Source: an uncultured Thermoleophilaceae bacterium (lineage in GTDB: Bacteria; Actinomycetota; Thermoleophilia; Solirubrobacterales; Thermoleophilaceae). From it: DNA of 64,000 nt. Below the pieces are notes generated by a model. The model saw only the letters and a list, made by a program, of their open reading frames with translations. It did no database searches and had not been told where the DNA came from. This document shows, one piece after another, positions 9,023 through 16,137 of this stretch; position 1 is the stretch's first letter; each line of letters begins with the position of its first letter. The position numbers and the translations under genes were made by a program. Where the stretch lies: contig CAWGDF010000012.1 of NCBI GenBank assembly GCA_963821275.1, forward strand, positions 34,271 through 98,270. Direction: 5' to 3'.

Positions 9023-9106
9023 CACCTCGTGCCCGGCGGCGGCCAGCGCGCCCTGGAGCTTGGACCCGAACAGCAGGTCCGGGCACAGAAGGGCCACGCG
9101 CGCCAT
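8789..9106 (-). CDS. hypothetical protein (105 aa), last gene of the metal operon
   Basis: An internal ATG at 9106 gives MARVALLCPDLLFGSKLQGALAAAGHEV...DLLVVDL...GFYAHVEQDVRRRAEEAGFDRVVPRS. It starts 8 nt after the stop of the preceding gene. No family was recognised. Confidence 0.55.
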   Translation of the reverse strand: MARVALLCPDLLFGSKLQGALAAAGHEVLPPDAEADLLVVDLTSDSEERIAASAGATSPRLGFYAHVEQDVRRRAEEAGFDRVVPRSRMAREPAALVEALIESGG

Positions 9107-9114
9107 CCGCCCCC

Positions 9115-9498
9115 CTACTGCGCGCGGCGCTTGCGGAACTCCTGGCGCACCGACTCGGGACGCCCCCACATCTGCGTGACCTCGACCCGCCCGGAGCGGG
9201 CCTCCCGCACGGCCAGCTCGCCCTCCATCCCCTCGGCGTCGAGCAGCGCCAGTGTCCCGCGGGTGGTCTCCGGCGCCGCGGCGTGGCCGAACTCGTGGGC
9301 CACGCGCAGCCGCCAGTGCCAGTCGGCCTTCGAGTAGGGCATGGCGTTGATCTGCACCAGGAGCGCAGCCGCGTCGATGTAGCGGCTCTCGTCGAAGATG
9401 CGCAGGTCGAGCTCGAGCTGGGTCCAGTCGGGCGGCAGCGAGTCGACCACGGCCTGGAAGTCCTCGGCGAGCGCCATCGCGCGCCGAACCCTACCCAC
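9115..9498 (-). CDS. hypothetical protein (120-127 aa)
   Basis: ORF with normal composition (MALAEDFQAVVDSLPPDWTQLELDLRIFDESRYIDAAALL...). The start is either a GTG at 9498, overlapping the mntH stop by 8 nt, or an ATG at 9477. No family was recognised. Confidence 0.55.
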   Translation of the reverse strand: MGRVRRAMALAEDFQAVVDSLPPDWTQLELDLRIFDESRYIDAAALLVQINAMPYSKADWHWRLRVAHEFGHAAAPETTRGTLALLDAEGMEGELAVREARSGRVEVTQMWGRPESVRQEFRKRRAQ

Positions 9499-10759
9499 TG
9501 AAGGTGAGCACCAGGAGGAAGCCGTTCAGCCCGATGATCAGGGCGGCTACCGCGGCGGCTGCGGCGGTCGTGGCCCGGCGATTGCGAAGGCTGCCCATCA
9601 CGTCGGCGCGGCGGGTAAGCAGCACCAGCGGCACGAGCGCGAACGGGATGCCGAACGACAGCACGACCTGGCTGACCACGAGCGACTTCGTCGGATCGAG
9701 CCCGATGGCCAGCACCACTAGCGCGGGAGCCATCGTCACCAGCCGCCGGGCCAGCAGGGGGATGGAACGGCGGATGAAGCCCTGCATCACGACCTGGCCC
9801 GCATAGGTCCCGACGCTCGAGCTGGACAGGCCCGAGGCCAGCAGCGCGATGCCGAAGGCCGCAGCGGCGCCGCCGCCCAGCTCGATCCCGAAGCCGGCGT
9901 GGGCGGCCTCGATCGAGTCGACGTCGAGCACGCCGTTGAACAGCGCCGCCGCCACGATCAGCATCGCCATGTTGACGAGGCCGGCCGCCCCCATGGCCAG
10001 CCCGACGTCGACGCGCACGAAGCGCAGCAGCCTGCGCCGGTCGCTCTCGCGGGGAGCCTCGAAGCGGTCTTGGGTGAGCGCCGAATGCAGATAGATGACG
10101 TGCGGCATGACGGTGGCGCCGAGAATCGCTGTGGCGAGCAGCACGCTCTCGGTCCCCTCGAAGCCGGGCACGAAGCCCCCGGCCACGCCCGCCGGATCGG
10201 CGCCGGTGTGGACCAGCTCGTACACGAAGCCGAGCAGGATCACGCCGAGCAGCCCGGCGATGGTGGTCTCGAAGCGCCGGCGGCCGCGGCGCTCGAGCCC
10301 GAGGATCGCGAACGCGACCACCGCGGTGATCAGGCCGGCGGGGAACAGCGGGACCCCGAACAGCAGGTTGAGCGCGATCGCGGCCCCGACAAACTCGGCG
10401 AGGTCGGTGGCCATCGCGATCAGCTCCGCCTGGATCCAGAGGCCGACCGAGACCGCCCGCGGGAAGCGCTCCCGGCACAGCTCGGGGAGGCTGCGCCCGG
10501 TGGCGATGCCGACCTTCGCCGAGAGGTACTGGATCAGCATCGCCATCAGGTTCGCCCCGAGGATCACCCACAGCAGCAGGTAGCCGTACTGCGACCCGGC
10601 GGTGATGTTGGTCGCGAAGTTGCCGGGGTCGACGTAGGCCACGGCCGCGACGAACGCCGGGCCGAGCAGCGCCAGCCTGGCCCGCCAGGCCCGGGCGCGT
10701 AGCCGTGGCCTGATCGCCCCGACCGCGCCGGGGAGGACCGCTCCAGCCTGCTGGTTCAC
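9491..10759 (-). CDS. mntH: Nramp-family divalent metal (Mn2+/Fe2+) transporter
   Basis: GPAFVAAVAYVDPGNFATNITAGSQYGYLLLWVIL is the Nramp DPGN signature, in a multi-TM protein. The GTG at 10759 overlaps the regulator stop as GTGA. Confidence 0.9.
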   Translation of the reverse strand: MNQQAGAVLPGAVGAIRPRLRARAWRARLALLGPAFVAAVAYVDPGNFATNITAGSQYGYLLLWVILGANLMAMLIQYLSAKVGIATGRSLPELCRERFPRAVSVGLWIQAELIAMATDLAEFVGAAIALNLLFGVPLFPAGLITAVVAFAILGLERRGRRRFETTIAGLLGVILLGFVYELVHTGADPAGVAGGFVPGFEGTESVLLATAILGATVMPHVIYLHSALTQDRFEAPRESDRRRLLRFVRVDVGLAMGAAGLVNMAMLIVAAALFNGVLDVDSIEAAHAGFGIELGGGAAAAFGIALLASGLSSSSVGTYAGQVVMQGFIRRSIPLLARRLVTMAPALVVLAIGLDPTKSLVVSQVVLSFGIPFALVPLVLLTRRADVMGSLRNRRATTAAAAAVAALIIGLNGFLLVLTFSG

Positions 10760-11436
10760 GCCGCTACGGTCCGCATGGCGCGCGTCAGCGCGCCGCCAAG
10801 TACATGGGTCGAGCCACCGAAGCGGATGGTGAGCGGGCCCTCGAAGGGCTGGCGCTCGACCACCTCGAAGCGGTCTCCGGGCGCGATTCCGCGCACGGCG
10901 AGGTAGCGAAGCATCTCGGGGTCGGAATCGGAGACCCGCACGAACACGCCCCGGGCCCCGGGCGCCAGGTCGGCCAGCGAGTCCGTGGGCCGCTCTTCGA
11001 TCGTGCCCTCGCGCGTCGGGATCGGATCGCCGTGCGGGTCGTGTGTCGGATCGCCGAGCTTGGCCGCGATGAGCTCGGACAGCTCGGGCGAGATCGCGTG
11101 CTCGAGCACCTCGGCCTCCTCGTGGACCCGGTCCCACGACATGCCCAGCGCCTCCGCCAGGTAGAGCTCGAGCAGCCGGTGATGACGCAGCACCTCAAGG
11201 GCGACCCGGCGGCCTGCCCGGGTGAGCTTCACCCCGTGGTAGGGCTCGCGCACGGCTAGGCCGAGCACCTCGAGCCGCTTGACCATGGCCGAGGCGGAGG
11301 CGGCCGAGACGTCCAGGCGCTCCGCGATCGCGGAGGTGGACACCGGCCCGTCCTCGCGCTGGGCCAGCGACCAGATGGCCTTGGCGTAGTCCTGGACGGC
11401 GTCGGAGACCAATGGGATGACGCTGCGCGTGGCCAT
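10756..11436 (-). CDS. DtxR/IdeR/MntR-family metal-dependent transcriptional repressor
   Basis: MATRSVIPLVSDAVQDYAKAIWSL...STSAIAERLDVSAASASAMVKRLEVLGL...RHHRLLELYL, followed by a C-terminal SH3/FeoA-like domain. Its ATG shares one nt with the ZIP stop codon (TGATG). Confidence 0.9.
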   Translation of the reverse strand: MATRSVIPLVSDAVQDYAKAIWSLAQREDGPVSTSAIAERLDVSAASASAMVKRLEVLGLAVREPYHGVKLTRAGRRVALEVLRHHRLLELYLAEALGMSWDRVHEEAEVLEHAISPELSELIAAKLGDPTHDPHGDPIPTREGTIEERPTDSLADLAPGARGVFVRVSDSDPEMLRYLAVRGIAPGDRFEVVERQPFEGPLTIRFGGSTHVLGGALTRAMRTVAA

Positions 11437-12659
11437 CAGGCGCTCACCAGCAGCCCGGTCACGTACATCACGAACAGGCCGGCCAGGAGTCCCGTCGCCG
11501 CAAGCGGGTGAAGCAGGCGGCCGGCCTCGTCCTTGACCGCCGGGGCGATCTGGACGATCACGCGGGCGATCGCCCCCGCCCCGACGCCGAACATCAGCGC
11601 GGCGAAGCTGGGGTTGAAGGCCGAGGCGCCGATCCAGGCACCCAGGACGGCGGGGGCGCCGGCCAGCAGGCCCAGGAGCACGAGCCGCCGCAGCCGCGCT
11701 TCGCCCTCGCGGGCCACCGGCGCCACGATCGCGAGGCCCTCGGTGGTGTTGTGCAGCGCGAAGCCCACCACCAGCGTGGCCCCCAGCGCGAGCGCGCCGA
11801 CCGCGTACGCGGATCCGATGGCGAGCCCCTCCCCGAGGTTGTGCAGGCCGATGCCGAGGGCCACCAGGAAGGCGGCGCGGTACCCCAGCCCCAGCGGAGA
11901 CTCGCTCGACTCCTCGGCGTCGTCGTCCAGCTTGTCCCTGCGGGTGGAGAGCCAGCCGTCGACCGCCGCCAGCGCGAGGTAGGCCGCCGCCGCTCCCAGC
12001 CAGACCAGCGCGGCGCCGCCCAGCGACTCCGGTCCGCTGCCGGCCAGCTCCGTGCCCTCGAGCAGGGCGTCGATTCCTAGGAAGGCGAGCAGCCCGATGG
12101 TGAAGGCGAGCAGGAAGCGCATCCAACGGGCGTCCACGCCACGCAGCCAGGGCAGCCACAACATGCCGATGGCCACGGGGATCACCCCGACGTAGAGGCC
12201 GATCAGCGCCATCAGCCCGTAGAAGCCCAGGTCGGCGTCGGGGCTCTCCACCGCCGCATCGATCGTGTGGTCGATGGTCGCCCCGGTGGCGGTGAGCAGG
12301 GCGATCTCGTAGGCCTGGCCTTCGATCCAGGGGTACTGAACGTCGATCTCACCGCCGGCCAGACGTCCCAGCTCCTCGTCGCTCTGGCTGAAGTCGGCGA
12401 AGCCGTCGTTGACGATCACCTGCCGCACCTCGACCGGGTCGGCCCCGTCGTTGCGCACGTGCAGCTCGATGCGGCCGGGCTCGAGCACGGTCCGCTCGAC
12501 CGTCAGCTCCTCCTGGGGCACGCCAATGCGGTCCAGACCGGGAGCGTCGAAGGCCACGAACAGGCCGATGGCCACGGCGAGGATCGCCAGCGGCAGGACC
12601 CCGGCGAGCCAGGCCGGCCGGCGGGCGCTGCGCGGAGCGGTGGCGGAGCGGGCTTCCAC
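11436..12659 (-). CDS. ZIP-family metal transporter with N-terminal TM anchor and ~130-aa extracytoplasmic domain
   Basis: The C-terminal half, GLHNLGEGLAIG...HNTTEGLAIV, matches ZIP (ZupT/GufA-like) motifs. The GTG at 12659 lies 2 nt after the multicopper oxidase stop. The upstream part of ORF 11436..13715 is an alternate frame of the oxidase gene. Confidence 0.85.
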   Translation of the reverse strand: MEARSATAPRSARRPAWLAGVLPLAILAVAIGLFVAFDAPGLDRIGVPQEELTVERTVLEPGRIELHVRNDGADPVEVRQVIVNDGFADFSQSDEELGRLAGGEIDVQYPWIEGQAYEIALLTATGATIDHTIDAAVESPDADLGFYGLMALIGLYVGVIPVAIGMLWLPWLRGVDARWMRFLLAFTIGLLAFLGIDALLEGTELAGSGPESLGGAALVWLGAAAAYLALAAVDGWLSTRRDKLDDDAEESSESPLGLGYRAAFLVALGIGLHNLGEGLAIGSAYAVGALALGATLVVGFALHNTTEGLAIVAPVAREGEARLRRLVLLGLLAGAPAVLGAWIGASAFNPSFAALMFGVGAGAIARVIVQIAPAVKDEAGRLLHPLAATGLLAGLFVMYVTGLLVSA

Positions 12660-12661
12660 GG

Positions 12662-13711
12662 CTAGTCGACCACCTCGAAGAAGCCCATCCACCCCAACTC
12701 GGCGAACTCGCTCACGTGGGCGTGGAACATGTACTTGCCGGGGTAGGGGAAGCGCAGCTCCAGGATTCCGCGCTCGCCCTGGCCCTGGACGACGGTGTCG
12801 GTGAAGTCGCGCGGCTCGAGCTTTGTGCCGGTCGGGTAGTAGTCGAAGAAGTTGGCGTGGATGTGGAACGAGTTGACGAAGTCGAACTCGAGCGCGTTCA
12901 CCAGGTAGATCCGAACGAGCTCGCCGCGCTTGACCCGAACCGGCTCGTTCATGTAGGCGAAGGCCACGGTGTTGACCGCGTAGACCTCGTTGGAGCGGTC
13001 GAAGTTGGTGTCGAAGCCGTTCATCACCATCACCAGCTCGTCCGCCTTGGGGCGCCCTGCCTTCGGGTCGATCAGGAAGGCGCCGTAGAGGCCCTTGGCG
13101 ATGTGGTCCGCCAGCGGCGTGGAGTGGCAGTGGTAGAGGTGGAGGCCGAAGGGCGTGGCGTCGAACTCGTAGACCGTGGACTCGCCGGGAGCGATGTTGC
13201 CGGCGCCGATCCCGGGCACGCCGTCGACGGCCGCCCGGTGGATGCCGTGGAAGTGGATGGTGTGGGGGTGTTTTGACCCGTTGACGAACCGGACCCGCAG
13301 GCGCTCGCCCTCGCGCGCCCGCAGCGTCGGGCCGGGGACCCGGCCGTTGTAGGCCCAGGCCGGGTACTTCACTCCCGGAGCCACCTCGATCTCGCGGTCC
13401 TCGGCCACGAGCTCCCACTCGCGGACTCCGCCGCGGACGCTGCCCTCGTCGAAGTCGCGCAGCATCTCCTGCGGGTCGAAGCCGTTGACGCGCGGGTCCA
13501 CGCCGCCCACCGTTCCCAGGTGGCCCGAGCCGCTGTGTGCGGCCCGGGCGGCCGCGCTGTGGTGCGCGGCCGCCGAGGCGTCGCTGCCGTGAAGCCGCTC
13601 GTGGGGCACGACCTCGTGCAGGATCGGCAGGGCCGCGCCGGTCGCGGCGGCGCCGCCGATGAGCTTCCGGCGCGAGACTTTGCTCTCCCACATCTTCGAT
13701 ATTCGTGCCAT
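12662..13711 (-). CDS. multicopper oxidase domain protein (two cupredoxin domains) with Tat signal
   Basis: SRRKLIGGAAATGAA is a Tat motif. The copper-ligand motifs are HPHTIHFHG, HCHSTPLADH and FHAHVSEFAELGWMG. The alternative start ATG at 13693 is equally plausible. Confidence 0.85.
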   Translation of the reverse strand: MARISKMWESKVSRRKLIGGAAATGAALPILHEVVPHERLHGSDASAAAHHSAAARAAHSGSGHLGTVGGVDPRVNGFDPQEMLRDFDEGSVRGGVREWELVAEDREIEVAPGVKYPAWAYNGRVPGPTLRAREGERLRVRFVNGSKHPHTIHFHGIHRAAVDGVPGIGAGNIAPGESTVYEFDATPFGLHLYHCHSTPLADHIAKGLYGAFLIDPKAGRPKADELVMVMNGFDTNFDRSNEVYAVNTVAFAYMNEPVRVKRGELVRIYLVNALEFDFVNSFHIHANFFDYYPTGTKLEPRDFTDTVVQGQGERGILELRFPYPGKYMFHAHVSEFAELGWMGFFEVVD

Positions 13712-13721
13712 TCAAGAACGA

Positions 13722-13739
13722 GTTTAGCCTTGGCTAAAC
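13722..13739. promoter_or_regulatory. AT-rich inverted repeat GTTTAGCC-TT-GGCTAAAC, candidate DtxR-family operator
   Basis: Perfect 8-bp arms with a 2-nt spacer. It sits 11-29 nt upstream of the first gene of the operon that encodes the DtxR-family repressor. The TTAG/CTAA half-sites are reminiscent of DtxR/IdeR boxes. Confidence 0.45.
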
Positions 13740-13786
13740 CTAGCATCGATCGCGCCTGCTTGCCGGACCCGCCTACCATTGGGTCC

Positions 13787-14704
13787 ATGGCCGTGGTCAC
13801 CGACGAGTACGCGCTCCTTATCGAGTCAGCCGGGCTGCTCGACCGCTCCGAGCGCGCCAAGTTCTCGGTCCGCGGGAGCGAGGCGGCCGACTTCCTCCAA
13901 GGGCAGGTGTCGAACGACGTGGAGGCCCTCGCGCCCGGCAGCGGCTGCTACGCCACCGTGCTGAGCGTGAAGGGCAAGCTGCGCACCGACCTGCGCGTCC
14001 TGCGTGGCGAGGACTGGTTCTGGCTGGACACCGAGGCGATCGGCCACGCGGTGCTGCGCCACATGCTCACCACCTACACGCTCGGGCGCGAGGTGCAGTG
14101 GGAGGACCTGACCGAGGACCACGCCCAGCTCTCCCTGGTGGGCCCCGGGGTCGACGGACTGATCGACGATCCGCCGCCCGCGGAGGAGCACTCGTTCGTC
14201 GACACCGGCAGCGGCCTGCTGGTGCGCACGGCGCTGGGCCTGGACCTGCTCTGCTCGGCGGCGCGCGCCGGCGAATGGCGCGAGCGACTGGGGATCGAAC
14301 CGGTGTCCGAGGAGGCGGTCGAGTGCCTGCGCATCGAGTCCGGCCGGCCGCGGCTCGGCTACGACATGGACGCGGAGACCATGCCGCAGGAGGCCGGCAT
14401 CAACGAGCGGGCCGTGAGCTTCACCAAGGGCTGCTACGTCGGGCAGGAGACGGTCGCCCGCCTCCACTACCGCGGCCGGCCGAACCGGCACCTGCGGGGG
14501 CTTCGCCTGTCGGAGCCCTCTGAGCGGGGGAGCGAGATCACGCTGGGAGAGCGAGTGGTGGGCCGGCTGGGCTCCACGTGCGTCTCCCCCCGCTTCGGGC
14601 CGATCGCGCTGGCGATCGTCCGGCGCGAGGCGGAACCGGGCGATACCGTGCTGGTCGACGGCGCCGAGGCGACGGTCGTGGAGCTCCCGTTCACGGGTGA
14701 CTGA
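13787..14704 (+). CDS. YgfZ/GcvT-like folate-binding protein
   Basis: An internal ATG at 13787 in ORF 13520..14704 gives LLDRSERAKFSVRGSEAADFLQGQVSNDV...KGCYVGQETVARLHYRGRPNR, an aminomethyltransferase-fold/YgfZ signature. Confidence 0.8.
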   Translation: MAVVTDEYALLIESAGLLDRSERAKFSVRGSEAADFLQGQVSNDVEALAPGSGCYATVLSVKGKLRTDLRVLRGEDWFWLDTEAIGHAVLRHMLTTYTLGREVQWEDLTEDHAQLSLVGPGVDGLIDDPPPAEEHSFVDTGSGLLVRTALGLDLLCSAARAGEWRERLGIEPVSEEAVECLRIESGRPRLGYDMDAETMPQEAGINERAVSFTKGCYVGQETVARLHYRGRPNRHLRGLRLSEPSERGSEITLGERVVGRLGSTCVSPRFGPIALAIVRREAEPGDTVLVDGAEATVVELPFTGD

Positions 14705-15704
14705 ACGACGGCGTCCCGCGAGCCGGAGCGGCCTGTCCGGCGACAGCCCGCTCCTGGGCGGGCCGCTTGTCTCCGAGGCGGGCGCCGAGGATGCAGCGCC
14801 GCCCGAGCCGGCCTACGACGCCCGCCTCGACGCGCTCGACCTTCCCGCCGCACCCCCGCAGGCCGACTCCGTCCCGGATCTGCGGCAGCTGCGCGAGCTC
14901 ATCCCGGCACCCGAGGCGGGCCGCACGATCGACGACTGGGGCCGTTCCCAGCGCGTGATCGACCTGATCGAGCCGCTGCTCGACTTCTACTACCGCTACT
15001 GGTTCCGGGTGGAGGTCGACGGCGTCGAGCACGTGCCGGCGGAGGGCGGCGCGCTGATCGTGTCCAACCACTCCGGCGCCCTGCCGCCGGACGCGCCGAT
15101 GATCATGCAGGCGGTCCGTCACGAGCACCCCGCTCCGCGCCCGATCTACATGCTGGGCGAGCACTGGTTCAAGGGCTATCCGGGCGTGGGACTGCTGACG
15201 AACAAGATCGGCCTCGTGGCGGCGCACCCGGCGAACGCGCAGCGGCTGCTGCGTGACGAGCAGCGGCTGGCGCTGGTGTTTCCCGAGGGCCAGAAGGGCT
15301 CGCGCAAGCTCTACTGGCAGCGCTACCGCCTGCGGCGCTTCGGGCGCGGCGGGTTCGTACGCACCGCCATCCGCGCCGGCGTGCCGATCGTGCCCGTCGC
15401 CGTGGTCGGGGCGGAGGAGGCCATGCCGATCTTCGCCCACGTGCCGCTGCTGCAGCGGATCACCGGGCTCGCCTACTTCCCCGTCAACCACGCCTTCCCG
15501 CAGCTGGGCCTGGCCGCCGCGTTCATGTACCTCCCGGCCAAGTTCAAGATCCGCTTTCTACCGCCGGTCGACCTTTCGGCCCACCCGCCCGGGGACGCCG
15601 ACGATCTCGCCCTGGTCCAGGGGCTGGCCGAGGAGGTCCGGGCTGAGATCCAGCGCGAGCTGGGGCAGCTTCTCCTGGACCGGCGGTCGGTGTGGTTCGG
15701 TTAG
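14697..15704 (+). CDS. lysophospholipid (1-acyl-sn-glycerol-3-phosphate) acyltransferase family protein
   Basis: LIVSNHSG is the HX4D-type acyltransferase block and VFPEGQKG is the second block. The start codon is uncertain. Confidence 0.8.
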   Translation: MTERRRPASRSGLSGDSPLLGGPLVSEAGAEDAAPPEPAYDARLDALDLPAAPPQADSVPDLRQLRELIPAPEAGRTIDDWGRSQRVIDLIEPLLDFYYRYWFRVEVDGVEHVPAEGGALIVSNHSGALPPDAPMIMQAVRHEHPAPRPIYMLGEHWFKGYPGVGLLTNKIGLVAAHPANAQRLLRDEQRLALVFPEGQKGSRKLYWQRYRLRRFGRGGFVRTAIRAGVPIVPVAVVGAEEAMPIFAHVPLLQRITGLAYFPVNHAFPQLGLAAAFMYLPAKFKIRFLPPVDLSAHPPGDADDLALVQGLAEEVRAEIQRELGQLLLDRRSVWFG

Positions 15705-15720
15705 TGTCCGTCCGCGAGGG

Positions 15721-16134
15721 ATGAGGGCACGAGTCGTCGTCACCGCCGGGATTGCGACCGCGCTCATCGCGGGCTGCGGGGACGAGGATTTCGCCAACGA
15801 GCCACGCCCGCCGGTCCCGGTCGAGCTGACCGGCGTGGTGCAGGACGAGGCGGTCACGGTCTCGCCGGCCCGCATCGGAGCGGGGCCGGTGCGGATCACG
15901 ATCTCCAACCAGACCCGGCGCCGCCAGAGCATCACCCTCGAGGGCGAGACCCTCGAGACGCAGGTCGGGCCGGTCGACCCGCTCGACACCGCCACGATCC
16001 GCAGCTCCCTCGATCCGGGCCTGTACGAGGTGCGCGCCGGCTCGGCGGTCGCCGTGCCGAAGGAGATCCGTCCGGCGCTGCTGCGGATCGGCCCGGAGCG
16101 CCGCAGCTCGAGCGGCGACCTGCTGCTTCCCTAA
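15721..16134 (+). CDS. putative lipoprotein (137 aa, beta-sandwich-like)
   Basis: An internal ATG at 15721 gives MRARVVVTAGIATALIAGCGDE, a lipobox. No further family was recognised. Confidence 0.6.
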   Translation: MRARVVVTAGIATALIAGCGDEDFANEPRPPVPVELTGVVQDEAVTVSPARIGAGPVRITISNQTRRRQSITLEGETLETQVGPVDPLDTATIRSSLDPGLYEVRAGSAVAVPKEIRPALLRIGPERRSSSGDLLLP

Positions 16135-16137
16135 GGG

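Noticed and set aside
8478-10571. 697-aa minus-strand ORF spanning the SBP tail, the orphans and mntH
   Set aside because: It is an alternate frame of real genes. The Arg/Pro/Gly content is implausible and no motifs are present.
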